A stretch of 64,000 nucleotides of DNA from contig JAWQFM010000004.1 of the NCBI GenBank assembly GCA_033442325.1, forward strand, positions 1,795,393-1,859,392, read 5' to 3'. Each line of letters opens with the position of its first letter. Position 1 is the stretch's first letter. This DNA comes from Salpingoeca rosetta (Eukaryota > Protista > Choanoflagellata). Below, in pieces: positions 27,371 through 43,008 of this stretch. Below the pieces are notes generated by a model, which searched no databases, was not told the origin of the DNA, and saw nothing but the letters and a program-made list of their open reading frames with translations. Both the position numbers and the translations under genes were made by a program.

Positions 27371-28668
27371 ATGGCGGCGGCTGTCCTCCCACAGCTCCCA
27401 CAGCTCCCACAGCTCCTCCTCCATGATGCTGCCGTTTTGTCGGCTGTGTTCTTCCTGGTTGTGTGCGCGTGCCTATCGCCACACCACCAACACCAAACAG
27501 GGCCAAGCTGGCGCAAGATGATAACGGTGCTGTGCACGTCAACTCGAGTGACCCAGCAACCCAGCCCGTGTTCCTTAATGGCGTCAACGTCGTTTCGGAG
27601 ATGCAAACGCTGCGTGGAACCGTGGTGGCACAGCAGAGCATCTTGCAGGCGTACCAGTCAACGGTTCAAGCACAGCAGAGCATGATTGCCGCACAGAACA
27701 GCACGCTTCAATCCCAGCAGAGCATGATCGCCGCTCTTCGAGGCAGGGTGTGTGAGGCGACTGCCAGCACGTTTGGGCAACTCGGCTCCTCTTCATACAA
27801 GTGGCGTGGCGGCGTTTTGGCCAACAACGGCCTGATCTATGCGGCCCCGCACAACTCACCTTCCGTCCTCATCATCGACCCCAGGACCAACACGGTCGAC
27901 ACGTCCTCCATCTCCGGCTTTGGCACAGCCACATACAAGTGGGCGGGTGCCGTTTTGGCGCATGCAGGTCCCATCTACATGTTCCCGTCGAACAGCGCAA
28001 GCATGCTCATTATCAACCCCGACACCAATACGGCTGACACCACAAGCATCCACTCGCTTGGCACCAGTGCGCGCAAGTGGTACAGCGGTGTGGTGGCTGA
28101 CAACGGACTCATCTTCGGCGTCCCTTATTTTGCCGCGTCTGTGCTCATCATTGATCCTGAGACCAACACAGCAGACACCACAACATTGGGCGGGCTGTCT
28201 TCGGATGCATTCAAGTGGTATGGCGGCGTTCAGGCGCCCAACGGTCTCATCTACTGCGTTCCCGTGACAGCTTCCTCTGTCCTCATCATCAATCCAGAGT
28301 CGCTGACGATGGATGTCACCACAATTCAAGGACTTGGCACAGGTGGCTACAAGTGGCATGGCGGTGTGCTTGCGCAAAATGGGCTCATCTACACCATCCC
28401 ATACAGTTCCACGGCCACGCTCGTCATCAACCCGAACACCAACATCGCCGAGGAGCTGCCTGTCGCCCAGGTCTGCGGGTTCAGGAAAGCTGGCGGCGTG
28501 CTCGCACCCAACGGCGACATTGTCGGCATCCCCCTCGGCGCCCCATCGGCTCTCATCATCGATCCCACACGAACACAACAGACACAGCGACCAACGTGCA
28601 CTATTGCCCCTCCCATCGGTGGCCGTCCTACGCTGCTAGCCCTGATGCCCTCACTCCTCTTGTTATAA
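27371..28668 (+). pseudogene. Beta-propeller family copy 4, disrupted
   Basis: The signal peptide from ATG 27371 is out of frame with the QDDNGAVHVNSSDP module (~27490). Repeat 6 lacks its Trp. A frameshift occurs at ~28568 (DPT-TNTTDT) and homology is lost after ~28597. Confidence 0.8.
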
Positions 28669-28896
28669 TTATATAATTTATCTCTGTATTTTTTCTTCTG
28701 TGTTTCTTTACGTGTCTTTTTTGATGTGTTTATTTATTGTAACCCTTTCCTTCTTTAGGGTCGAGAGGGTACCATTCAGGGGTACCAAAGGTGGGGGGGA
28801 GCGGGGGGTGGGGACCCAAACCAAATGCGGAGGTAGCTAGTCACCCGGAAAAGGTGACAGGTCCAGGGGTGGACGTTTTTTTCCACCTACACATAT

Positions 28897-28963
<67 letters not shown>

Positions 28964-29291
28964 CGGAGCTTGCAGAGTAGTACAACAATACAATCAGACC
29001 ACATGGCGGTCCAACGATGGCAAGGGAAGGCGAAGAGCACGTACACCATGTGCCCACATGAACAATCACGAAACATCAAGGGAGCAAATGACGCGATACA
29101 AAGGGAAATGACATCACAGACAGAACAGCAGCCAGACAACGTGCGTGGAGAGGACTGACGAAGACCAAACAGAAGAGGTGTGGGAATACCCAACTAGGGT
29201 GACAAAGGCGAAGAGACAGGAAAAGCAGCGTAACTGCTGTTCACAAACACACACACACACACTCACATACACACACACACACAAATCAACT

Positions 29292-32200
29292 TCAAAGTGG
29301 CAGCCGTGAAAGATCGTGCACGAGTATGGCCTCGTCGTCGGACTGAGAAACGAAATACAATCCATCGCATGTCATGCGTACAGTCAGCGGGAACCCACCA
29401 AGATGAAGTTCGCCGTTGTGACCAAACGACTGCAGGAAAACCTCCAGTGAGTCTGCGTGCAGCAGCTGAAACCCGCCATAGCTTGGTACAACAATGTACT
29501 TCTTGCTGGGGTGTAGCGCAATCCAGTCCGCGCCGACCTCCATCCATGTCGGGCCCACTGAAGTGGTACGAACCAACGCTCCCGCCAGGGTCCAGCATCC
29601 CAACTGGCTGAAGGTAGTGTCGTAAGAGGCAAGTAGCCTTTGTTGTGGTAACCACAACAGCTCGAAGCCATGTAGCTCGCCTCCCATTCGCCTGATTGGG
29701 GACGCTCCGTTGTTCAGCTTCCATAGTTGAATGCCAGTGTCTGTTGCAGATGTTGCCAGCACGATAACACCTTGATCATCAGTGCACATCGCCACGCTGT
29801 ACACGGGACCATTGTGGCCCGTAAACACCTGAACAACTGTCGCCCCAACAATGATGCCTTCATTGTCTGCGTTCAGTTGCCAGAGCCTTGCCGTTTGGTC
29901 CTCCGAGCCAGTGACGAATTGGCGCACACGTGGGTACTGAGGGTGCCACACGCAACAGGTGATTGTGTCTGTGTGCTGCTGCTTGTTGTCTTCCTCGGGT
30001 TCGGGGCCATGCACTTGCTTGCAGTCAGGTAATGCCAGCACGTGGAGGTCACATCCGTCAATCACCACGCATGCATCGCTCGACGGTGAGAAGAACACTT
30101 TGCAGGGACCGGTGGACCTGCGACGAGTAATAACGTCCCGATGCACTCGTCCAGCGACCGTGTCGACAGCCATAAAGACTGCTGTCGAGTGAAGAACGAC
30201 GACACGCCCATCATGACTACCGCTCATCTCGTCAATGGTGAAGAGGCTGCCCTTGGGCAGGTCAATAGTCTTGACCAAAGTCATCGTTGTTGCATCGTGA
30301 AACTCAAGCGTACGCTTGTCACGCGACGCAATGAATACCATGGCCTTCTGCCGCTGCTGTCGTTGGAGTTGCTCCGGGTCAGCCATGATCGCAATCACTG
30401 GCGGCGGCGGTGGGCGCTGTTGGTGTAAGTGCTCGTGGACAGTCTTGCTTTGCTTGATCTGCTTCCAATCAAACACAGAGACCAAGGTATCCAGGCCAGG
30501 CCCTCCGACAGCCAAGAACGTCTCATCTGGAGAAAGCGCAACAAGGCCTGTGGGCGCAGGTCCAACGGAGCGCAGCCCCGTCATCGTGTCCACGTCATAC
30601 ACCTCTGTGTACCTCCCAGAATCGCTCGCCAACACCACAATGGTTCCATCAGCACTCAAACTCATTGTGTTGCTGCGCGTGCTGTTCACCTTTCCCACAC
30701 TCGTTCCATCGGCTCTCAGCTTGTACAGACTCGAGCCGCAACCTGCGACAACATCGAGACCCCCAGGCAACAAGCATAACGCTGTCACGCCCAAGCCCCA
30801 CGTGCGTTCCATGTCATAGCGTGCAACCTGCACCAGTGCTGCCCGGTCCTCTACTGCGGTGGATTGCCTCCACTGCTGAGCCGGAGCTGGCACTCCTTGC
30901 AGCTCAAACCAGATGACGCTGCCGCTCTTCGTGCCTGAGACCAGCGTGTTGTCGCGGATCTGCCCACAATTTAGCGCCTCCTGTACCGTACACTTCCACA
31001 TGCACTGGCTGAAGTCCGCGCTGAACAGCATGACATGCGTTGAAACTTGGATATCGTCACCAGGACTGCCATCAGCACCACCACCATCCGCTGCGGACGT
31101 TGCAGCGCCCTTTGAGGTCGCCACTGCGCTGCCAATCACCATCACCAATGCGTCATCGTCAGTCATCCGCAGCACCCGGCACTTCTCCGACTCAGGGTCA
31201 AACACATTCATAGAACCCGTGAGCTCATGCGTGTCCAGGTTCCACACATACACCATGCCATCCTCGCAGGCAACTGCCACCAGGCCGTTTGGTAGATGAA
31301 CGATGCGAGTTGCCTTTGCGTTGTCATTGGGCCTGCGCAACCTCACCACACGCTTACCGGTGCGTGCTTCCCACACGTACACATCTCCAAGCCCGTGACA
31401 CCCGCACACCCAACGGCTGTCTCGAGTGAAGATAATATCTTCAAAGCCCGTTAAGCTCGCCCCAGCCGAGCACACACAAACCAGTGGGTTGAGCTCCTGG
31501 GGTTTGTTGTATTGTTGCACTCGTGGTAGGCGGCAACCTGGCGTGGACAACAGAGTTTCTGCCGCCTTGAACACCGCTGTCTGGTCTGGATACAGCGAGG
31601 CGCGTGCGATGACTGCACCAGGTGTACGCTCGAAGATGTTGGCGTTGCGAGCCACAAACCGCGTCCAGATGTTGAAACTGTGTTTCTTGAGCAGGCTCTC
31701 CAGTGCGCCACCTTGACNNNNNNNNNNNNNNNNNNNNNNNNNNNNNNNNNNNNNNNNNNNNNNNNNNNNNNNNNNNNNNNNNNNNNNNNNNNNNNNNNNN
31801 NNNNNNNNNNNNNNNNNNNNNNNNNNNNNNNNNNNNNNNNNNNNNNNNNNNNNNNNNNNNNNNNNNNNNNNNNNNNNNNNNNNNNNNNNNNNNNNNNNNN
31901 NNNNNNNNNNNNNNNNNNNNNNNNNNNNNNNNNNNNNNNNNNNNNNNNNNNNNNNNNNNNNNNNNNNNNNNNNNNNNNNNNNNNNNNNNNNNNNNNNNNN
32001 NNNNNNNNNNNNNNNNNNNNNNNNNNNNNNNNNNNNNNNNNNNNNNNNNNNNNNNNNNNNNNNNNNNNNNNNNNNNNNNNNNNNNNNNNNNNNNNNNNNN
32101 NNNNNNNNNNNNNNNNNNNNNNNNNNNNNNNNNNNNNNNNNNNNNNNNNNNNNNNNNNNNNNNNNNNNNNNNNNNNNNNNNNNNNNNNNNNNNNNNNNNN

Positions 32201-34018
32201 NNNNNNNNNNNNNNNNNNNNNNNNNNNNNNNNNNNNNNNNNNNNNNNNNNNNNNNNNNNNNNNNNNNNNNNNNNNNNNNNNNNNNNNNNNNNNNNNNNNN
32301 NNNNNNNNNNNNNNNNNNNNNNNNNNNNNNNNNNNNNNNNNNNNNNNNNNNNNNNNNNNNNNNNNNNNNNNNNNNNNNNNNNNNNNNNNNNNNNNNNNNN
32401 NNNNNNNNNNNNNNNNNNNNNNNNNNNNNNNNNNNNNNNNNNNNNNNNNNNNNNNNNNNNNNNNNNNNNNNNNNNNNNNNNNNNNNNNNNNNNNNNNNNN
32501 NNNNNNNNNNNNNNNNNNNNNNNNNNNNNNNNNNNNNNNNNNNNNNNNNNNNNNNGCGATGCTGCTGACTCTTTGCCTTTCACTGCCGTGGTGGATATGA
32601 CAGTACACGTTGGCCATCAGGGTGCCGTGCGGGCAGTGCCGCTCTCCCGCCCAGGAACCGCGACACCACGACGGCAGCTGGGTGGGCTTTTTTTGATGGC
32701 ACATAGTGTGTGAGCGTGTGTGTGTGTATGTGTGTGCGTGAGTGTGTGTGTGTGTGTGTGCGTGTGAGCATGTGATGGGACAGAGGAAAGCAGAGCGCAT
32801 CCCACAATGAGGACATGCATGAAGGCAAGCACAACAAGAGACATTCGCATGCACGCACACACACAACGCACCTGCGATATGGGCCATGAGTGAAGTCTTG
32901 CCACTGCCAGATGGGCCACAGATGGCAAACGGAGCTGCGACCTCCTTGCCACCGGTAATGCGTTGTTGCACGTGTGCAAGGGCAGCATCAACCGTCTGCT
33001 GGGTGGCTGCTGTGGACACGAACCCACGTCGCCGCAGGTTGCCGAACATGGCGTGCGCCGCCGCCTCCTCCACCACTGTATCGCTCTCAAACGCGTGCTC
33101 GCGCGCAACACGCTCAATGTCCGTCGCCAGCATGTCGCAGAAGGCGTCGGCAAAGGTGCGCATGTACTCTGCGTGGTCGGTGCGAGCGAGGTCGATGCCT
33201 GGTCCCCATGGGATGGACATGGTCTTGATGCGAGATGGTGACAGCGCAGCCGGCACCGCCTCTGCACGCAATCGCTCCAGCAGCTGCTGCGCCTCCTCAT
33301 CCACCTCGCCATTGGTCATGTCGATGAACAGCTTGGCCGTGTCTGGGTCGTCCGATGCAACGTCGATGCCCCAGGCGGCGGTCAAAGACGAAGCACGCCT
33401 TGTCGCGCGCCTCTTTCGGCTGCACCTTGAACAGGCCGTTCTCAATCTCCTCCGCCGTCACGCTCTGCACGTACAGGGCACGTCGCTCGTTAGACAGCCC
33501 AGGCGCTCCCGTTGCTGCCTGGCGCAGACACATCTGCAGCGTGGGGAAGATGTCGGACCACCACGCATCAGAGTGCTCCTTCTTCACGGGCTTGAGCTCG
33601 CGGGTCGGCGGCACGACATTCTCGTTGAGGACGAACCACTCGTCCATGTACTCCATGGCCTTGTTGAGCGCAGCTGGGGTCACAGTGGACGCAGTTTGCT
33701 TGGCTTGCTTGGCCATCTCGTCCTTCAGCAGCTTGAACTCCTCCTCGGGGATCTTGGCGGGAAAGGGGCGGAAGCCGTACTTGTTGCCGAGGATGAGCAC
33801 GTAGCTGATGCCGCTCGATTCTTGCTGGCACCTCTTGATCTCCCGCATGCAGATCTATGAAACGAGTGAGTGTGGGAGGGGGAGGGATGTGGGGTGGTCA
33901 GTGTGCGCGTTGAAGCTCAGATTGAGAGTGGGAAGGGATTATCGGATTGCAAGCTGCAACCACCTCACACACACACACACACACACACATACACACACAC
34001 AGACACACACACACACAG

Positions 34019-34086
<68 letters not shown>

Positions 34087-34567
34087 CGCTGGTTTCGTGG
34101 GCGGCAGAGGCCTCAGAACGGATGCCCCAGCGCATCTCGGAGGACTGGTAAACTTGCACACGCAGGCGTTGTCCGAGGGACTTGAGGTACGGATACACGT
34201 CCTCGATCAAAGCGTTGCGCTCCACCTCCGTGTCAGTGAACGTGGAGGAGAGGAACAGGCGGATGGCCGGCTGTCGCGTGCCCAGCGCCTGGATCTCGCT
34301 GTCGGGAAGTGCGTCGCCTTCCAAAACACGCTTCAGTGTCTCAGCTGGTCGCTCACAGGGATCCAGCTTGGCACGCGCAGCATTGGCCAGGCGCTGCTGC
34401 CACTGGCCACGTTTTGATCGCGACACACCATCCCACAACACGGGGAGCAATGGCTCTTGTTGTTTGGTGTCAGTGTTCTTGGTAGCAGTGTTCCCGCTCG
34501 CGTTTGCACGCTCCTCGGCCAGCTCCCTCTCCTCATGCATCGCCAGCTTGCTCTGGTGGCAGCCCAT
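29292..34567 (-). CDS. DUF4062 - NACHT/STAND NTPase - WD40 protein (NWD1/NWD2-like, NLR-type architecture); spans a gap and has apparent frameshifts
   Basis: Starts MGCHQSK. DUF4062-type [19 protein letters not shown]...MRWGI...[11 protein letters not shown]. Walker [13 protein letters not shown], then [10 protein letters not shown] repeats ([38 protein letters not shown]). Introns 33855-34084 and ~32679-32871. Frameshifts at ~33371 and ~32625-32650. Confidence 0.8.
31718..32555. other. Assembly gap inside the NACHT gene
   Basis: Run of N. Confidence 1.
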
Positions 34568-35019
34568 CTTTGCTCGTTTGCTGTGCTGACGGTTGCAGAC
34601 ACAGTGGGGTGTGGCGGTGTGAGGGTGAAGTGAGGCGTGAAGTAAAATGAATGCACGCTGTCTGTTTGTGTCTGTTTGTTGGCGTATTTCTGTGGTTTAT
34701 TGGGGAAAACTCGTTGAAATCTTACACTGTTCCCAGCGCTCAAAGATGGGGAAGGCAATTGCGGCAAAACAAAGGGCAGCGGTGCGCATGGGTGAATGTG
34801 TGTGAGAGCACGCGCCTCTTGAGGGTGTCGCCAAGCATGTGCACAGGCAAACAAACAAACAAAATGCGCTGCACGCCGGAGTGTGCAGCGCAGAGCCAAA
34901 ACGCGCAAAAGCGAGTACATGGGAAACGACGTAAACGCAATGTCACGAAGAAATAATTGAAAGGGGCGTGGTGAGTGTTCAGTTGGTTGGGCAACGCCCC
35001 CTCCCACCTGATGGCCTGA

Positions 35020-35119
35020 NNNNNNNNNNNNNNNNNNNNNNNNNNNNNNNNNNNNNNNNNNNNNNNNNNNNNNNNNNNNNNNNNNNNNNNNNNNNNNNNN
35101 NNNNNNNNNNNNNNNNNNN
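35020..35119. other. Assembly gap (100 N, probably an unknown-size placeholder)
   Basis: Run of N. Confidence 1.
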
Positions 35120-35662
35120 TATGATGAATGCCACACACCAGCCCAGCAGCTCATCGAGTGCAGGCGACCCAGTGTTCTTGATCTCCTCTCTGTGTGCTGA
35201 CTTGCACTTTTCCACTCTGAGTACATGGAACAGTGCTGACCTGATGTGCTGAGCGCAAGCTGATGCATAGCCACTTTTGTATTGTCACCACAACAAGAAG
35301 TGTTGAAGGAACTTTGATACGCACGCAATCAAGGAGGTGCCATCAAGGGGTCGTCAGGCATGATTTATGGTGTTGGTGCCAGCAATTAACAACACGAAAG
35401 AATGCGCGACAGAAGGTACACAGGCACACACCATGAACGCGTCCTTGCCCTCCCACCAACAACACACAAGCAATTCAGTAACGTGGTGGTCCTTGGGGTC
35501 TCTCCAAACCTGCTAACCTGCGCCAGGCACTTGAACAACGCAACATGTGTGTTGTGGGTCACAAATACGTTAGGAGTGGGGAGAAAAGCAAAAAGTATCC
35601 ACCTGAAAGCACGCAAAAGGCACAACAGAACACAATATGTACAGCCCATGCAACCCAATACA

Positions 35663-35794
<132 letters not shown>

Positions 35795-36565
35795 CATGCA
35801 GCAAACGCGCAAACGCTGTCCTTCTGCTCATGGTGGCCCAATGATATCCGTTCCTCGTCCCCCGTCGTCTCTTGCCCAAGCACGCCGTGCCAGCTCTCGC
35901 CCTCCACCACCACCCACATCAGCACTGGATCCATACACAGCTCCTTGCCCACGCCATCTCCTGCAGGTCAGCCTCCTGTGATGCTGCATGGAAGCTCACC
36001 ACCATCACACTGCTGCTGCTGATGGTGGTTGTGGTTCCTATCTCATGTGGAAACTACTGTCCAATGGATCAAACAACAGAGGCGGTGTGATCCCTTTCCA
36101 CGAAGCGATGCGACACTGGGCACATTGCGGCTCGTTTGATCTCTGTCGAATGAATGGCCGTTTGATTGGGCGGGTCAGGTCGGTGTTAGCAACAGTCGAG
36201 AGGTCGAGAGGTGGAGAGGTGGAGAGTGTCAACGCTTGCAAACACACACACACGCACACACACATGCACAGGATCATTCTCATCATCTCAGCCCTTCTCC
36301 CACCTTCTGTCCCACCATCGCCACCTCTACACACTTACGCGTACCTGATCACTGTGACAGCAGAGGTAACAGAACCACACCAAATATCATCATCATCATC
36401 ATCATCATCAGATCAACACGCACCCATCATCGTCGTGTGCTCGTGGCCACCAACCAACCAGCCAGCCAGTGAGCACAACACACAAACTTGCCACTTCAAG
36501 TTCGGAAGATTGTGCGCATCATTCACAGACTTTCGTCAACCAAGCAACGCATGTCAACCAACCAA

Positions 36566-36635
<70 letters not shown>

Positions 36636-36660
36636 CCACACACACACACACACACACAAC

Positions 36661-39110
<2,450 letters not shown>

Positions 39111-39124
39111 GCGAGAGAGAGAGA

Positions 39125-39171
<47 letters not shown>

Positions 39172-39509
39172 TGAGATATTGTGTGCCTCAGCCTCGTGTA
39201 AGTGTTCAGCCTTAATGTCCTGGATGTTCTCATCACCACTCCAAGCCAATTCGAACCTGTGCATGCGCTCGTTGGGTCTTTTGCCAATCAAACACCTCAG
39301 CAGGCACAGTTCAAGCCGGATCATTTGCCACCACACCCACAAATCGCCAACAAGCAAGCCAACAAGACGGCAAGAAACAACAACAGACAGCAACCACCAC
39401 CATCAGTGTGCTCCACCAGCACCACCTTCTCCTCGTCCTCCTCGCCGTCGCCTTGAGTGACGCCACTAGATCTTGCAGCCTTGAAACAAACACTGACACG
39501 AGCAGCAGG

Positions 39510-40446
39510 ATGTGGGGGAGCCGAAGCAACAGCGGTGAGCTGGGCGAAGGCAGCGATGAGCCTGTGATGATGAAGGCGGGCGTGGTGCGTGCGTTTGGGC
39601 CTCCGGCAGCACTCAAGGTGGAGTCTGTGCCCATTCCTTCCTTGTCTGAGCCCAACGAGGTGCTGACGAAGGTGTTTGCCACGGGCGTGAACCCTGTGGA
39701 CACATACATTCGCGCGGGAAAGTATGCCAAGCTGCCGCAGCTGCCGTACACACCAGGCGCAGAAGGCGCTGGCGTCGTGGCCAAGGTCGGAGCGGATGTG
39801 AAGCACGTCAAGGTGGGCGACCGCGTCTATGTGACCGGCACCATCACGGGCACGTATGCGCAGTACTCGCTGTGTGCGGCAAGGGACGTGCGCTTGCTTC
39901 CGCAGCGCATCAGCTTCGCTCAAGGTGCTGCCGTCAGCGTGGCCTACCGCACAGCATACCGTGCTCTCTTCCAGGTGCGTGTGTGTGCATGTGTTGTGAG
40001 GGACAGAGGTCGTGTTGGGTGCTTTCAATTGTGTACACCTTGGTGTGATTGCCCCCTTGCTTGCTGAATCTGCGGTTGTGGCGTGTGGCTTGTGTCTGCA
40101 ATGTGCAACCCGCAGCTTCACATCACCAGCGGCACTCATCCCTCCGCCTTCTCCTCTGCCTCTTCAAGCCCACCATCACGCTGCTATCTTGCATGCATGC
40201 ATGCTTGTCGGTGCGCAGAAATCGTCTCCAAACCCTGGCGAGACTGTGTTGATCCACGGTGCGAGCGGCGGTGTTGGCCTTGCTGCCGTACAGCTCGCCG
40301 TGTCGCGTGGCCTCAAAGTGTTTGGCACTGCGAGCACAGATGTGGGCAAGGAGGCCATCCTTGAACACGGAGCTGCGGCCGTCTTTGATCACACCTCCCC
40401 GACATACGTACAGGAGGTCGGTGTGTGTGTGTGTGTGTGTGTATGT

Positions 40447-40488
<42 letters not shown>

Positions 40489-40781
40489 ATGTTCTGCTCT
40501 TGGTCGCTGTATCTCCTGTGGCTTCACAGTCATGTCCATCGCCCCTCAATAACCCGCCATCCTTGCTATTGTTGTCGCTCTTGTCGTCGTTGGCGTCATT
40601 CAGATCCAGCGCGCTGCGCCGCCAGAGGGCATTCGCCTCATCGTCGAGATGCTCGCCAACATCAACCTCAACAACGACCTCAAGGTGTCGTGTGTGTATG
40701 TGTGTCTGTGAATGTATATGTGTGTGTGTTTGTTTGTTTGTTTGTTGCATTCTCACCCCACCTCCCTGGCGTAATTGCATT

Positions 40782-40826
<45 letters not shown>

Positions 40827-41312
40827 ACACACATACACACACACACACATTTACGCACACACATTTACGCACACACGACCAACCGAGGACGCCGATGATG
40901 GTTGACTCCTTCTGCATGATGAGACGCGGGTCAATCGTCACCTCTCCTCTGTTGCCGACAATGGCAATGCGGCCGCCCCGCCCAATCATCTGCGCACGCA
41001 CGTGCACACACNNNNNNNNNNNNNNNNNNNNNNNNNNNNNNNNNNNNNNNNNNNNNNNNNNNNNNNNNNNNNNNNNNNNNNNNNNNNNNNNNNNNNNNNN
41101 NNNNNNNNNNNNNNNNNNNNNNNNNNNNNNNNNNNNNNNNNNNNNNNNNNNNNNNNNNNNNNNNNNNNNNNNNNNNNNNNNNNNNNNNNNNNNNNNNNNN
41201 NNNNNNNNNNNNNNNNNNNNNNNNNNNNNNNNNNNNNNNNNNNNNNNNNNNNNNNNNNNNNNNNNNNNNNNNNNNNNNNNNNNNNNNNNNNNNNNNNNNN
41301 NNNNNNNNNNNN

Positions 41313-41365
<53 letters not shown>

Positions 41366-41950
41366 CGTGCGTGTGTGTGTGTGTGTGGACACCTTCCTGT
41401 ACCGCCTATGCCGTATGCCCACACCGCCACTGCCGTTTTGCACCGCCACTGCCGTCGCCACTTCTGTATTGCAGGCGGAACACGCGAGGAGTGGGAAGCT
41501 GCGTACTGCGCCATCGACGCAGGTCTGTCATGCCCAGTAAAACACACCTAAACACACCACACAGACGCACACACTCTCACTCACTCACAGTGATACACAC
41601 ACACAGTTACACACACAGTTACACACACACACACTCACATTCACACACACATACACTCACTCACTCACTCACTCACTCACTCACTCACACACTCAGTCAC
41701 TCACTCATTCACCCATTTTCACAAACACCCCCCCCCCACCCACACACCTATCTTCCTCCCCCCCCCCCTTCTCCGCCCCGGTGCAGGCATGTCCAGCGGG
41801 GCGCTGGTGCCGCACGTCGGGAAAACGTTTCCACTCGACGATGCCGCGACGGCGCACATTGACGTCATGGAGCACGTGGGCGGTGCGCACGGAAAATTGG
41901 TCCTGCTGCCCTGGCCCGAGGAGACCGCCGAGGACGTGGTGTGCCTCTGA
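39510..41950 (+). CDS. CRYZ: NADPH:quinone oxidoreductase / zeta-crystallin (MDR family)
   Basis: GVNPVDTYIRAG, LPYTPG, AYRTAYRAL, GETVLIHGASGGVGLAAVQLA, IVEMLANINL, GAHGKLVL. Exons ~39510-39974, 40219-40416, 40603-40684, [40884-40989 inverted], 41475-41522, 41787-41950. Start could be ATG 39567/39570. Confidence 0.9.
40884..40989 (-). other. CRYZ exon 4 lying in inverted orientation
   Basis: Minus strand reads ag|MIGRGGRIAIVGNRGEVTIDPRLIMQKESTIIGVL G|gt. Its phases (0 then 1) bridge the flanking plus-strand exons exactly. Confidence 0.9.
41012..41312. other. Assembly gap next to the inverted exon
   Basis: Run of N flanked by microsatellites. Confidence 1.
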
Positions 41951-42042
41951 GGGTGGACGTAAATGTCAGTGTGATTGTGAATGCAGTTGTGAACGCGACT
42001 GTGAATGTGAATGCAGTTGTGAACGCGACTGTGAATGTAAAT

Positions 42043-42100
<58 letters not shown>

Positions 42101-42101
42101 G

Positions 42102-42136
<35 letters not shown>

Positions 42137-43008
42137 CGACAACCCCTCCCTCCTGTGCCTTTGATCAACACGTCACCTTCATGTGCTGCGTCTGCGTCTT
42201 CACCGCAACTGTCTGTTTGGTCAATGTTGTGCTCATTCACACCCTGATCGCCAACCAACCCCCCCCCCATACCCTTTCATCCTCGTTCATCCTCTTCTCC
42301 ACAAACACACCACCATATTCATTCGCGTGTCATTCCTGCGGGGTATGCGTTAGAACTGACGAATAGACTGAACGCTAAGCGAAGCGACGGAACCTAAACA
42401 GCGGAGGAGGAACAAACGGGTGCTGTTGTGCGCACAGCACAGCACAGCCAAGAACAAGAACCCAAGAACAAGAATGGAAAGCGGAAGGAGAGGAGCGTCA
42501 AGAGGAAATGAGGAGGAGGAAATAAAGACAAAGTAGGGAAAGCAGAGGAAGAACGAAACAGCCCTTGGAATGTGTGTGTGTGTGTGTGTGTGAGGAAAAT
42601 AAATGCGATGATGGCTGCTGTTGTTGGCAGCAGTGCAGCAGCGGGAAAACCAAACGAACACAAACGAGATCAGAAAAATGAAAAAAGGGACGTCACCGAT
42701 GATTGCATAAGGGCACAAGGGCTCAACATGAGCGAACAGAATGGCGGTTTGTGCTGAAACAGACGAGCAGGTGCCGTCGTTGAATAGAAATGACAGTGAT
42801 AAGCGCAGGCGTGTATGCGCGTGTGTGTGTGTGTGTGTGTGTGCGTTAGCAGAAACGCAGCTGGCGATATGACGTGAAAACAAAGGAGTAAGAAGGAGAA
42901 GGGGAAGGGCAACAACTGAAGCGTGTGCTGCTGCTGTGTCGCTGGTATTCCCTCCCCTGCTGCTCCTCCCCTTCCATGTCCCGGCGCGTTCATCACGGCA
43001 TCACGGCT

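Noticed and set aside
28738-28890. TAACCC/TTAGGG as a telomere seed, and hairpin+CTAG as a Helitron end
   Set aside because: Only single hexamers are present, and the hairpin-CTAG spacing does not fit a Helitron terminus.
31441-33445. Long ORFs containing X runs (also near 35000, 41000 and 52700)
   Set aside because: They are open only because they cross N gaps.
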